Positions 1 through 9,678 of a DNA stretch of 42,331 bases are shown one piece after another. Within the stretch, counting starts at the first letter, position 1. Each line of letters starts with the position of its first letter. The notes beneath the pieces were generated by a model. The model saw only the letters and a list, made by a program, of their open reading frames with translations. It did no database searches and was not told where the DNA came from. Source of the stretch: an uncultured Nitrosomonadales bacterium (GTDB taxonomy: Bacteria > Pseudomonadota > Gammaproteobacteria > Burkholderiales > Gallionellaceae); contig CAIRBC010000100.1 of the NCBI GenBank assembly GCA_903876685.1, positions 1 through 42,331 of the forward strand, in the 5' to 3' direction. A program made the translations under genes and the position numbers.

Positions 1-465
1 AAAATCATCACTGCCCTTACCGGTCTATTCTTGTCTTCTGCGGCCTTTGCTGGGACATCGCTCGTCGAAACAAACAACTGGGAAAAAATGATACAACTCA
101 AACTTGAAAAGCAAAAGGCTGCTGAGGCCAAAAAGTACGCTCAAATAATTGAATTTGCAGGAAACCGGCAAGGCGAACTGACCAAGACCAGGCAAACATT
201 AACCCAAACTCATAAAAATTTAAGCGACATCAAGGCTAAAGTAGAAGCTTCCAACAGTAGAGCAACAGCCGAGGATTTCAAAAAATTCAGTCTGGCTTCC
301 CAGGACTATTCCAACGCCAGAAAAGCCTTCATCGGTTTACAGAAGGATATACTTTCCAAAGCCAATATTTCAACCAAGGATAGACCTTCCTATTTAGTGA
401 GTGATGGCGTACAGCATGTTGCCGAACGTGTCACCTATTCCGCAACCACCGTTGCTACCCGCTAA
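1..465 (+). CDS. Secreted hypothetical coiled-coil protein (5' end lies just outside the window)
   Basis: The frame of ORF 31..465 is open back to base 1 and reads KIITALTGLFLSSAAFA|G, a Sec-type signal peptide. The mature part is K/Q/A-rich and helical. Stop TAA at 463-465. Confidence 0.6.
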   Translation, partial: KIITALTGLFLSSAAFAGTSLVETNNWEKMIQLKLEKQKAAEAKKYAQIIEFAGNRQGELTKTRQTLTQTHKNLSDIKAKVEASNSRATAEDFKKFSLASQDYSNARKAFIGLQKDILSKANISTKDRPSYLVSDGVQHVAERVTYSATTVATR

Positions 466-492
466 AAAAACGCCCCGGAGATTATTCGGGGC
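464..492 (-). terminator. Rho-independent terminator, probably ending the rnf transcript (possibly bidirectional)
   Basis: GCCCCG/CGGGGC stem (472-477/487-492) preceded by an A7 run, which is a U-tract on the minus strand. Lies between convergent genes. Confidence 0.55.
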
Positions 493-557
493 TACATTTC
501 ATCTTGCACGGGTTAGTATTTGCTCGGCTAATCTTTTAGAAATTGGCTCAATAACCT

Positions 558-605
558 GTAAGATGCGCTTGCGCACCACTTGTTAGGTGCGCAAGCGCAC
601 CCTAC
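558..605. repeat. REP-like inverted doublet, family A copy 1
   Basis: GTAAGATGCGCTTGCGCACC-8 nt-GGTGCGCAAGCGCACCCTAC. The arms are 18/20 complementary with a GTAG-type end. A near-identical copy lies at 28647-28696. Confidence 0.75.
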
Positions 606-636
606 TCAATGTCAACTACCGCCCGGCTAAACCAGT

Positions 637-906
637 TCAGGTCTCTTCCTTCGATTTACGCTGCACGGTCTTGGGATCACAGGTGATGGGTCGATAGATT
701 TCGACCCGGTCGCCATCTGCCAATACCGCATCCAGTTTGCTAACCTTGCCGTATACACCAATTTTTTGCGTTTCAAGGTTGATTTCCGGAAACTGTTTAA
801 GAATCCCGGAGCGTTCGATAGCGTCCTTGATGGTCGCTCCTTCAGCGACCTCTACATCCATCCACACCTGACGTTGTGGCAATGCATAAGCGAGTCCGAT
901 TTTCAT
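637..906 (-). CDS. rnfH: RnfH family protein (ubiquitin-like fold)
   Basis: Motifs AIERSGIL and GVYGK...L.DGDRVEIYRPI..DPK. Last gene of the rnf cluster. Confidence 0.92.
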   Translation of the reverse strand: MKIGLAYALPQRQVWMDVEVAEGATIKDAIERSGILKQFPEINLETQKIGVYGKVSKLDAVLADGDRVEIYRPITCDPKTVQRKSKEET

Positions 907-916
907 GTTCTATTCC

Positions 917-1591
917 TTATGCAGCGCTATGTGCGCCACCCATCTGGATAGCCTTGCCGGCTCTGACATCCAGCATACGCTTGCCGACCACCAGTAAACC
1001 AGTCACCAGGAAGCCACCAGGCGGCAGAATCATCATCAACACGCCCTTGTCAGACGCCATCAATTGCATTTCCATGAATTTGAAAGCCGGACCCAGTAGT
1101 AAAGAAGCATCAGAAAACAGCGTGCCTGAACCGGTGATTTCACGAACGGCGCCGATTGCGGTCAGTGCCAGTGTGAATCCCGCTCCCATGAACAGACCAT
1201 CCATGAACGAAGGCAATACCGGCTCCTTGGCTGCAAAGGCTTCGAGTCTGGCCAGCGGCAGGCAATTAGAGACGATCAGCGGAATGAACAGACCTAGCAC
1301 CTTGTATAGCTCATGCATCCAGGCATTCATGCACAGATCCACTAGCGTCACCATCGATGCAACGATCAGGATGAAAACCGGAATTCGCACCTCCTGGGTA
1401 ATTCGGCTACGAAAAAGAGAGACCAGCAGACTGCTGGCCGCCATCACCACCGCCGTTGCCAGACCCATACCCAGACCGTTGGTCGCACTATTGGTCATCG
1501 CCATCGTCGGACACATGCCCAGCAACATCGCCAGTACACCATTATTGTCCCACAGACCATCACGAACGATTGTTTTGTATTCAGCAGTCAT
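917..1591 (-). CDS. rnfE: Rnf complex subunit E
   Basis: GLWDNN..L...LGMCP, VRIP.FI and FIPLIVSNC motifs. Multi-TM protein in the expected rnf position. Confidence 0.95.
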   Translation of the reverse strand: MTAEYKTIVRDGLWDNNGVLAMLLGMCPTMAMTNSATNGLGMGLATAVVMAASSLLVSLFRSRITQEVRIPVFILIVASMVTLVDLCMNAWMHELYKVLGLFIPLIVSNCLPLARLEAFAAKEPVLPSFMDGLFMGAGFTLALTAIGAVREITGSGTLFSDASLLLGPAFKFMEMQLMASDKGVLMMILPPGGFLVTGLLVVGKRMLDVRAGKAIQMGGAHSAA

Positions 1592-2224
1592 TTAATGTTC
1601 CTCCTTTGCAGACGCCTTGGGGGCGCCGAAGTCAATCATTTGCTCCTTATTGGCAGCATAAAATTCCAAGCCCTTCTTGATAGCGCCTACCACGCCACGC
1701 GGCGTGATGGTAGCACCGGCAAACTGGTCAAATTGACCGCCATCCTTCTTGACCTTCCACTTTTCAACCGGTGGATTGCCGAGCGAAAGTCCGGAAAAAC
1801 GTAGTATCCAGTCGCCCTTCTTGGCATCAATTTTATCGCCCAGACCGGGGGTCTCCTTGTGTGCCAAAGCCCTAACCCCGAGGATTTTACCCGTCGCATC
1901 AATGCCCAGCATCAGCTTGATTTCGCCACCATACCCCGAACCAAATATCTCATAGGCCAGACCGGTAATTTGACCTTCTTTGGTCGCACGATACACGGTA
2001 ATTTCCTTGCCATGCTCATTTTTCATGACGATCGCATCTTTCACCAGATTATTGTCATGCAGCGTGGTTGGAATCACCTGGCTCAGCGAATTCAACCGAT
2101 CTTCGAGAGCACGAGCCGATATATCCTTGGCGGTGAGCATATCGGTGACCGCGAGCAACGCGCCAAACCCCAGGCAAAATACACCCAGAATCAACCCGTG
2201 TGACAGCATGTGCTGTTGTTTCAT
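1592..2224 (-). CDS. rnfG: Rnf complex subunit G (covalent FMN)
   Basis: N-terminal TM, GYGG.I, HKETPGLG, and the FMN attachment motif FAGATIT. Confidence 0.95.
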   Translation of the reverse strand: MKQQHMLSHGLILGVFCLGFGALLAVTDMLTAKDISARALEDRLNSLSQVIPTTLHDNNLVKDAIVMKNEHGKEITVYRATKEGQITGLAYEIFGSGYGGEIKLMLGIDATGKILGVRALAHKETPGLGDKIDAKKGDWILRFSGLSLGNPPVEKWKVKKDGGQFDQFAGATITPRGVVGAIKKGLEFYAANKEQMIDFGAPKASAKEEH

Positions 2225-3294
2225 AATTTACCCCCCGAAAGCGGCAGCGGCTCTCCCTTGCTGGTGCGACCAAACATCCGGGGACGCGTATATTGATCAA
2301 TAATCGGCGACAAGCCATTCATCAGCAGCACTGCGAAAGCCACCCCTTCAGGATAACCGGCAAAATTTCGGATCAGCCAGATCAGCAACCCGCAACCGAC
2401 CCCAAACACCAGCTGTCCCTTCTTGGAAACCGGTGAAGTGACATAATCTGTCGCGATAAAAAATGCACCCAGAAAAGTCGCCCCGGAAAACAAATGAAAC
2501 AGGCCTGAGGCGTAATGTGCCGGATCAACCAGATTGAAGATCGAGGCAATCAAAAATAACGACCCCATCACCGAAAGCGGAATATGCCAGGAAATGATGC
2601 GCTTATACATCAGGAACAGACCGCCTAACAGGATCAGTATCGCCGAGGTTTCTCCCAGACTGCCTGCACGATAGCCCATCATCCGATCCATTAGATCCGG
2701 CACCTGAGCCATCGACTGTGTCACCGGTATGCCACGACTCAATTCAGTCTTGACATAGCCCAGTGCTGAGGCAGAGCTCATGGTATCCGGCATATTCCCG
2801 CCAAATGTAATCGCAAAGGCTTCAACCAGACCCGGTGCTCCGGCACTAAACAAGGGATGCGGCAACACCCAGGCAGTCATCGCGACCGGAAAGGAAACCA
2901 GCAGCACCGTCCGTCCGACCATCGCCGGGTTGAAGACATTCTGACCCAACCCGCCAAAAGGATGCTTCGCCAGCGCAATCGCAAACACGGCAGCCAGTAC
3001 CCCTACCCACCAGGGTGCCCAGGGCGGCAGGCTCATTGCCAACAACCAACCAGTCAGTAGCGCAGAGTAATCACTCAAAGTCTGTTTCACTGGCCGGTCG
3101 GCAAGTGACAAACAGCCGGCCTCAACCGCGACGCAAGCACCAATCGTGATACAGAATAACAGGATCGCCGGCCAGCCAAACAGATACAGATTGAACAGGG
3201 TAGCCGGCATTAAGGCCAGTAACACCGTAAACATGGTTTTCTGGACGGTGTTATAGGAATGGGTGAAAGGACCGCTCCTCTTGATACTGTTCAT
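2221..3294 (-). CDS. rnfD: Rnf complex subunit D
   Basis: FGGLGQN.FNPAM, GSLGETS, FFIATDYVTSP and GYPEGVAFAVLLMN motifs. Confidence 0.95.
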   Translation of the reverse strand: MNSIKRSGPFTHSYNTVQKTMFTVLLALMPATLFNLYLFGWPAILLFCITIGACVAVEAGCLSLADRPVKQTLSDYSALLTGWLLAMSLPPWAPWWVGVLAAVFAIALAKHPFGGLGQNVFNPAMVGRTVLLVSFPVAMTAWVLPHPLFSAGAPGLVEAFAITFGGNMPDTMSSASALGYVKTELSRGIPVTQSMAQVPDLMDRMMGYRAGSLGETSAILILLGGLFLMYKRIISWHIPLSVMGSLFLIASIFNLVDPAHYASGLFHLFSGATFLGAFFIATDYVTSPVSKKGQLVFGVGCGLLIWLIRNFAGYPEGVAFAVLLMNGLSPIIDQYTRPRMFGRTSKGEPLPLSGGKL

Positions 3295-4757
3295 GCGCTA
3301 ACCTTTTCTTCGGCAGTAGCTGACTGTGCAGCCGGTTTACGCGCAGCCAGTGCAGCACGTTTCGCTTCTGCTGCTTTTTCCAGGCGAATGGTGCGCACCT
3401 CGGCCAGCGACTTGATGCGGTCACTCTTGCGGGTTTCCGCGTCCAGATCACGCAACACACCCTTGGCATAGTTAAAGTAATGTACCAACGGAATATGTGA
3501 AGGGCAGGCCCAGGAGCAACTACCGCAGGATACGCAGTCCATCACACCCAGTTTCGCCGAAACATCCAGTTTGTCCTTCTTGATGAAGGCAGCCATGTCC
3601 AGCGGTGACAAACCACAAGGGCAAATGGTGACACAAGTGCCACAACGGATACAGGGACTGGTAGGTTTATCATTTATTTCCTCAGCCGTCAAAGCCAGTA
3701 TCCCGGAAGTACCCTTGACCACTGGCGCTTCCAGACTGGACAACGGCTGACCCATCATCGGCCCGCCGTTGACTATGCTCTCGGGGCGAGCCACAAAACC
3801 GCCGCAAAAATCAATCAAATCAGTTACCCTGGCACCGATCGGCGTCAGAATATTATTCGGAGTGCGGATAGCAGCACCGCTCACCGTAACGACTCTGGCA
3901 AGCAACGGGCGGCCAAAACGAACCGCATGATGCACCGCACGGGTAGTGGCGACGTTATGTACCACAATGCCGAGATCGGCGGTGAGTTTACGCGCAGGGG
4001 TTTCAAGCCCGGTGATTGCCTGTACCAGATGACGCTCCGAACCCATCGGATATTGCACCGGTACGGTGAACACTTCTATCATGGGAAAGGCCGCCGCCGC
4101 ACGGGTCATAATCTCCGCCGCCTGCGGCTTGTTCTCTTCTATGCCAATGACGATTCTGGGGGTACCCAGCGCGCGTGCCATAATACGGGCACCGTCAATG
4201 ATTTCATCCGCATACTCGCGCATCAGCCGGTCATCGCAGGTCAGATAAGGTTCACATTCCGCACCATTCAGCAACAAGGTATCGAGCTTTTTCTGCGCAC
4301 CCAGACCGAGTTTGACCGCAGCGGGAAAGGCAGCACCGCCCATCCCGACGATACCGGATTGCGCGACACGAGCACGTAACTCGGCTGGATCGGTAACGAA
4401 GGGATCTTCGATCGACGGTGGCAACTCACCCCATTCGTCAAGTCCGTCTGCCTCAATAATGATCGTGGTTTGCGGCAAGCCGGAAGGATGCGGCGCCGGT
4501 ACTTCGGTAATCGCCTTGATGGTTCCAGAAGTGGAGGCATGCTGCGGCGCCGATACCGCCCCCTGACTTCTTGCGATCATCTGGCCTTTCTTGACCCGGT
4601 CGCCTTCCTTGACCAGCACTTCAGCGGGGGCACCTATATGCTGTTGCAGCGGAATATACAGCGAATGCGGCATCGGTAGCACCACAATGGCTTTTTCACT
4701 AGCCAGCTCCTTGCGGTATTCGGGATGTATGCCGCCGCGTATCGGATATAATTTCAT
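3291..4757 (-). CDS. rnfC: Rnf complex subunit C (NADH/FMN-binding, 2x[4Fe-4S])
   Basis: GGIHP, QHIGAP, GIVGMGGAAFP, NGAECEPYLTCD, GGPMMG, CIRCGTCVTICP and CVSCGSCSWACP motifs. Confidence 0.96.
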   Translation of the reverse strand: MKLYPIRGGIHPEYRKELASEKAIVVLPMPHSLYIPLQQHIGAPAEVLVKEGDRVKKGQMIARSQGAVSAPQHASTSGTIKAITEVPAPHPSGLPQTTIIIEADGLDEWGELPPSIEDPFVTDPAELRARVAQSGIVGMGGAAFPAAVKLGLGAQKKLDTLLLNGAECEPYLTCDDRLMREYADEIIDGARIMARALGTPRIVIGIEENKPQAAEIMTRAAAAFPMIEVFTVPVQYPMGSERHLVQAITGLETPARKLTADLGIVVHNVATTRAVHHAVRFGRPLLARVVTVSGAAIRTPNNILTPIGARVTDLIDFCGGFVARPESIVNGGPMMGQPLSSLEAPVVKGTSGILALTAEEINDKPTSPCIRCGTCVTICPCGLSPLDMAAFIKKDKLDVSAKLGVMDCVSCGSCSWACPSHIPLVHYFNYAKGVLRDLDAETRKSDRIKSLAEVRTIRLEKAAEAKRAALAARKPAAQSATAEEKVSA

Positions 4758-4769
4758 TGTTAACGACTC

Positions 4770-5315
4770 CTAATGCGCATGCGCGACGGGTTCTACTTCA
4801 GGTTTCTGCCAATGCCAGTTGGCCAGGGTGACTTTCACCGGCACCATCGCAATCGCATCGGTGGGGCAAACCTTCTCGCATTTGGCACAGCCATGACAAG
4901 CTTCGACGATGATGGTATGCATCAGCTTGTTTGCACCCATGATGGCATCGGTCGAACACTCCCGGATGCAACGCGTGCAACCGATACACAAATCCTCGAC
5001 GATGAAAGCATGCTCGGGACCTTTTTCTTCGTGCCCGGAGAGGTCAGCCTTGACACCCAACTTCTTGGCCAGCACTTCGATCACCGCTTTGCCGCCGGGT
5101 GCGCACAAGGTGATATCCGCTTCACCCTTGGCGAGTGCCGCCGCATACTGACTACAACCGACAAAACCGCATTGACCGCACTGTGAACCCGGCAACAATT
5201 CCTTCAGTTCTTCTTCCAGCGGATTCTCTTCCACGGCCAGAAAGCGCGCCGCAGCGCCAAGCAGACCACCCAGAACGACACCCATTACAGTCAGACTACC
5301 GATAGCGACAAACAT
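4770..5315 (-). CDS. rnfB: Rnf complex subunit B (ferredoxin-type)
   Basis: N-terminal TM, LLPGSQCGQCGFVGC, CAPGG, CIGCTRCIREC and CHGCAKCEKVCP. Confidence 0.95.
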   Translation of the reverse strand: MFVAIGSLTVMGVVLGGLLGAAARFLAVEENPLEEELKELLPGSQCGQCGFVGCSQYAAALAKGEADITLCAPGGKAVIEVLAKKLGVKADLSGHEEKGPEHAFIVEDLCIGCTRCIRECSTDAIMGANKLMHTIIVEACHGCAKCEKVCPTDAIAMVPVKVTLANWHWQKPEVEPVAHAH

Positions 5316-5327
5316 GATCCCTCCCTT

Positions 5328-5909
5328 TTAACCTGCACTCATTCCAGAAAAACCCATGAAAGCCAGCGCAAGCAGGCTGGCGACGATAAAACCAATGGGC
5401 GGGCCTGCAAACATTCGGGGAATCTCGGCAAGTGCCAAGCGTTCTCTCAAACCGGCAAACATCACCATCACCAAGCTATAGCCGATCGAAGAAGCAAAGG
5501 CAAACAACGTAGCACCAATAAAATTCATCCTGCCTTCGACCAGCAACAACGCGACACCCAGCACCGCACAGTTAGTGGTGATCAAGGGCAGATAAATACC
5601 CAGCATCTGAAACAGCGGCGGCGATACCTTGCGCACGATCAATTCGGTGAACTGCACCGCTGCCGCGATAATCAGGATAAAAGTGACCGTGCGCAAATAG
5701 CCCAGACTGTAAGGTTGCAGCAAGAACGCTTCTACCCCCCAATCCAGCATCGACGAAACCGTAATCACGAAGGTAGTCGCCATACCCATCCCTACGGCGG
5801 TATCGATACGGGTTGTCACCCCCATGAAGGAACACAAACCCAGGAAACGTGCCAGGATGACGTTGTTAACCAGTGCTGCACTAATCATTAACAGTACATA
5901 TTCTTTCAT
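5328..5909 (-). CDS. rnfA: Rnf complex subunit A
   Basis: LVNN..L..FLGLC.F.G, LGIYLPLITTNCAVLG and AGLRERL motifs. Confidence 0.95.
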   Translation of the reverse strand: MKEYVLLMISAALVNNVILARFLGLCSFMGVTTRIDTAVGMGMATTFVITVSSMLDWGVEAFLLQPYSLGYLRTVTFILIIAAAVQFTELIVRKVSPPLFQMLGIYLPLITTNCAVLGVALLLVEGRMNFIGATLFAFASSIGYSLVMVMFAGLRERLALAEIPRMFAGPPIGFIVASLLALAFMGFSGMSAG

Positions 5910-5918
5910 ATTGATATC

Positions 5919-6416
5919 CTACTCTACACTGCACGATTCACCGGGCGCTGCCCGGCGAATAAAACGAGGAGCAAGTTCACCCCTGACCAAAAGACGGGCG
6001 GCAACCAGGCGCGCAAGCCAGAGTCCTGCTGCCAGACCCGCAAACATCGATGCCATGGTGATCAGATCGCTGCCTGCCCACCATTGAGCCAGAGCTCCAG
6101 CACCCAGAAGGGTACACAGCGGTATCGCATAGGCGGTGATCGATGCCTTAATCAAGGCATTCTCGCGTATCCCCACCACCACCCGCTCGCCCGGCCTGAG
6201 ATTAAAATCGTTGACGATCTGAAAACGACGCGCTTCCAAGCGACTGGCAATGGTACCCATCCCTTTGGCACCGCACACCGATGAAGAAGCACAACCGCCA
6301 CAACTGGAAGTCTGCTCCGGCACTAGCCAGGCCTTGTTACCCTCGAGTGCGACCACCTGTGCAAACCCCTCAAGAGGCTCCGCTGCACGATAATCCAGAT
6401 TCAGAGACTGAGTCAT
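5919..6416 (-). CDS. rseC: SoxR-reducing system RseC family protein
   Basis: CGGCASSSVCG Cys cluster, PGE.V.VGI.E motif and two C-terminal TMs. Start set at ATG 6416 (AGGAGG 7 nt upstream) rather than 6440. Confidence 0.85.
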   Translation of the reverse strand: MTQSLNLDYRAAEPLEGFAQVVALEGNKAWLVPEQTSSCGGCASSSVCGAKGMGTIASRLEARRFQIVNDFNLRPGERVVVGIRENALIKASITAYAIPLCTLLGAGALAQWWAGSDLITMASMFAGLAAGLWLARLVAARLLVRGELAPRFIRRAAPGESCSVE

Positions 6417-6758
6417 TATCATGCCTCCTGTTGAGGCCATGGGAAGAAACCAGAAAACGAAAACTGCATCCGGAATATTTTTCCAGAACTGTCGCGACTA
6501 GCGTCGCTCCTACAGTTTATTAAGGATGATTCAATGCTTTTAAGGATTTTGAAACGTCCAATAATCGACGATTTATTCATAAAATCATTATCAAAAATTC
6601 TCGCTGCTGCAATTCCTGAAGGTCTGAGATTGAAACTCAGTGCTCTTGGTACTGTCAAATACTGCCTGCATAATACCACATAAATCAGCGCAATAAAGGG
6701 TACAAATACCAAGACCAAAGCATAACTTAAATTCAATTCAAAATCCAGTTACCTTGAG

Positions 6759-6781
6759 GCGCGGGCGCCAGACGCCCGCGC
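6759..6781. terminator. GC-rich hairpin immediately downstream of ppdK
   Basis: Perfect 9-bp stem GCGCGGGCG-CCAGA-CGCCCGCGC. It has no clear U-tract, so it may be an mRNA stabiliser rather than a terminator. Confidence 0.45.
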
Positions 6782-6787
6782 AACCAG

Positions 6788-9577
6788 TTAGTTTGATTCC
6801 TGATAGTGTGCTTCCAGCAACTTCGCTTGAGCCGCCGCCAGACGCGCGATAGGAACTCGCGGACCGGAACAGGAAACATAGTTCAAGCCTATCTTATGGC
6901 AGAAACGAATAGAAGTCGGGTCACCGCCATGTTCGCCACAAATACCCATTTTCAGCTCGGGATTGGTCTTGCGGCCTTTTTCCACCGCCATGATCATCAA
7001 CTGTCCCACGCCCCTGATGTCCAGCACTTCAAAGGGGTTATGTTCCAGTATCCCGGTTTCGTTATAAGCCGGCAGGAATTTATTTTCTGCATCTTCACGA
7101 CTAAAGGAGAAAGTAGCCTGGGTCAGATCGTTGGTACCGAAGGAGAAAAACTCGGCGATTTCCGCCAGACGACCGGCGCGTACACAGGCACGTACCACTT
7201 CCAGCATCGAGCCGAATTTGAACTGCACCGTGATGCCATGAGTCGCATTGACCTTCTCGCGTATCGCCTGTACATAGCTGTGAATACGCTTGAGTTCTTC
7301 CACGGTAGCCACTTGCGGCACCATGATTTCGGGATAAATTTCCACCCCTTCCTTGGCGCACAGGGCTGCCGCTTCCAGAATCGCCTGTATCTGCATCGAG
7401 TAAATTTCAGGATAGGTAATCCCCAGACGCACGCCGCGATGACCCAGCATCGGATTGACTTCAGCCAGCGCCCTGACTTTTTTCAGGATGATTTCCTTAC
7501 GCTTGATCACATCCTCTTCCATATGCGACTCCTTGAAGTCGGCAAGGCCGCCCATCAATTTTGTCAGTCCATCGGCATATTGCTGATAAAGCTTTGGATT
7601 AAGCATCTTCAACGTATCAGGCAACTCTTCCAGGCCATTGATGGTATCGCGCAACTGGTGCAAATGGGCGATTTCCAATTCGAGCTGAGCTGCCGTCGGC
7701 AGAAATTCATGCATCGGTGGATCCAGCAGACGCACCGTGACCGGCAAGCCCTTCATTGCCTTGAAGATACCCTTGAAGTCGGCGCGCTGAATCGGCAACA
7801 GTCGATCCAGTGCATTCTGGCGATCTTCAGGAGTTTCGGCCAGGATCATTTCCTGCACGATCGGCAGACGGTCGGTGCTGTTGAACATCCGCTCGGTACG
7901 GCATAGTCCGATGCCCATCGCGCCAAACTCTCTGGCACGCATCGCGTCATGCGGGGTATCGGCATTCGCCATCACCTTGAGACGAGCAATCTCATCCGCC
8001 CAGTCCAGCAAGGTATTCATTTCCGCTGAAAACTCCGCCTCTACCGTTGGCACTTCGCCAGCGTAAACGTGACCGGAACCACCGTCGATGGTGATGATAT
8101 CGCCTTCATGCAAGGTGGTTTCACCAATCTGCGCCGAGCGTGAAATATCGTTGATCACGATCTGCTCGCAACCTGACACACAAGGCTTGCCCATGCCGCG
8201 CGCCACCACCGCCGCGTGGGAGGTCTTGCCGCCACGACTGGTCAAGATACCCTGTGCCTGGAAGAAGCCATGAATATCTTCAGGCTTGGTTTCTTCCCGA
8301 ACCAGGATGATTTTTTCACCCTTGCGACCACGTTCTTCAGCGGTATCTGCATCAAACACGATCTTACCGGAGGCGGCACCCGGAGAAGCAGGCAAGCCCT
8401 GTGCCAGCGACTTTCCATGAAAATTCGGCGCGAGTTGCGGAACCAGCAACTGTTCCAGAATAGCAGGCTCGACGCGCAGCAAGGAACGCTCCTTGGTAAT
8501 CAACCCTTCCTGGAACATTTCCACGGAAGTGCGCACCATACCGCGCGCATTCATCTTGCCGTTGCGCGTTTGCAAACAGTACAAGATGCCCTTTTCGATG
8601 GTGAACTCAAAATCCTGTACTTCGTGGTAATGCGACTCAAGCCGGTTACGCAACGCCATCAACTGATGAAATATCGACGGCATTTCCTGTTCCATTTCGG
8701 CAATGGCCTTGGGGGTGCGGATACCCGCTACCACATCCTCGCCTTGCGCATTGACCAGATATTCGCCATAGATATGATTCTCGCCAGTACCCGGATTGCG
8801 CGTAAAGCCCACACCGGTTCCCGAATCATTGCCCATATTACCGAACACCATGGTGCAAACGCTCACCGCCGTGCCGTTAGCCTGATCCTTGGTGATTTTA
8901 AACTGTCTGCGATAATCAACCGCACGTTTGCCCATCCAGGAGCCGAATACCGCTCCAACCGCAATTTCCAGCTGTTCAAAAGGATCTGAAGGAAAAGGCC
9001 GACCACTCTGACGTTGCACGATGGCAAGAAACTCGCCAACCAGTTCCTTGAGATGGTCTACATTCAAATCCAGATCCTGAGGCGCGCCATATTTACGTTT
9101 GATGGCAGTCATACGCTCATCAAAATGTTCATCATGGATATTCAGGGCAATTTTGCCGAACAATTGAATGAAACGACGATAGGTGTCATAGGCAAAGCGT
9201 TCGTTGCCAGTCTGTTTGATCAAACCTTGCAGCGAAGTGGCATTAAGACCCAGGTTGAGTATGGTATCCATCATGCCAGGCATGGACATCGAAGAACCGG
9301 AACGTACCGACACCAGCAAAGGATTCTCTGCACTACCAAAACCCTTACCCGTTTTCTTTTCCAGTGCATGCATATAAGACTTGATGGTCCCCATCAAACC
9401 ATCCGGCAACTTGTTTTTTTCCAGGTATGCATTGCAGGCATCGGTACTGATGGTAAAACCGGGTGGAACATTCAGACCGATCTGCGTCATTTCACACAGA
9501 TTTGCGCCCTTGCCGCCCAACAGCATCTTGTTCTTGCCATCACCCTCTTCAAATTCATAAACGTATTTAATAGTCAT
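6788..9577 (-). CDS. ppdK: Pyruvate, phosphate dikinase
   Basis: LLGGKGANL, PLLVSVRSG, SMPGMMDT.LNLG, phospho-His motif GGKTSHAAVVAR, GLCRTE, NPMLGHRG, FSFGTNDLTQ and GICGEHGG. Confidence 0.97.
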   Translation of the reverse strand: MTIKYVYEFEEGDGKNKMLLGGKGANLCEMTQIGLNVPPGFTISTDACNAYLEKNKLPDGLMGTIKSYMHALEKKTGKGFGSAENPLLVSVRSGSSMSMPGMMDTILNLGLNATSLQGLIKQTGNERFAYDTYRRFIQLFGKIALNIHDEHFDERMTAIKRKYGAPQDLDLNVDHLKELVGEFLAIVQRQSGRPFPSDPFEQLEIAVGAVFGSWMGKRAVDYRRQFKITKDQANGTAVSVCTMVFGNMGNDSGTGVGFTRNPGTGENHIYGEYLVNAQGEDVVAGIRTPKAIAEMEQEMPSIFHQLMALRNRLESHYHEVQDFEFTIEKGILYCLQTRNGKMNARGMVRTSVEMFQEGLITKERSLLRVEPAILEQLLVPQLAPNFHGKSLAQGLPASPGAASGKIVFDADTAEERGRKGEKIILVREETKPEDIHGFFQAQGILTSRGGKTSHAAVVARGMGKPCVSGCEQIVINDISRSAQIGETTLHEGDIITIDGGSGHVYAGEVPTVEAEFSAEMNTLLDWADEIARLKVMANADTPHDAMRAREFGAMGIGLCRTERMFNSTDRLPIVQEMILAETPEDRQNALDRLLPIQRADFKGIFKAMKGLPVTVRLLDPPMHEFLPTAAQLELEIAHLHQLRDTINGLEELPDTLKMLNPKLYQQYADGLTKLMGGLADFKESHMEEDVIKRKEIILKKVRALAEVNPMLGHRGVRLGITYPEIYSMQIQAILEAAALCAKEGVEIYPEIMVPQVATVEELKRIHSYVQAIREKVNATHGITVQFKFGSMLEVVRACVRAGRLAEIAEFFSFGTNDLTQATFSFSREDAENKFLPAYNETGILEHNPFEVLDIRGVGQLMIMAVEKGRKTNPELKMGICGEHGGDPTSIRFCHKIGLNYVSCSGPRVPIARLAAAQAKLLEAHYQESN

Positions 9578-9640
9578 AATATCTCCGGTTCATTATTTGC
9601 ATATAAACGTATTTTGCGCTGCCCTGCATACCCTGATATT

Positions 9641-9660
9641 CAGGTGGGCAAGCCCACCTG
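9641..9660. other. Intergenic hairpin between PFOR and ppdK
   Basis: Perfect stem CAGGTGGG-CAAG-CCCACCTG, about 20 nt downstream of the PFOR stop. Confidence 0.45.
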
Positions 9661-9678
9661 CCATGCATTGGTCGATCC

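Noticed and set aside
611-635. GTCAACTACCGCCCGGCTAAACCAG resembles the end of IS200/IS605 (IscB/HEARO-type) elements
   Set aside because: It is only about 25 nt, the second hairpin arm is missing, and no tnpA, tnpB or iscB is nearby. It cannot be distinguished from chance.
637-5909. rnf cluster as nitrogen-fixation-specific
   Set aside because: No nif structural genes, and no sigma54 (TGGCAC-N5-TTGC) promoter seen upstream. nifJ is used here only as the PFOR family label.
6419-6736. 105-aa minus-strand ORF between ppdK and rseC
   Set aside because: AT-rich promoter-like region, no recognisable motif, and it overlaps the rseC RBS.
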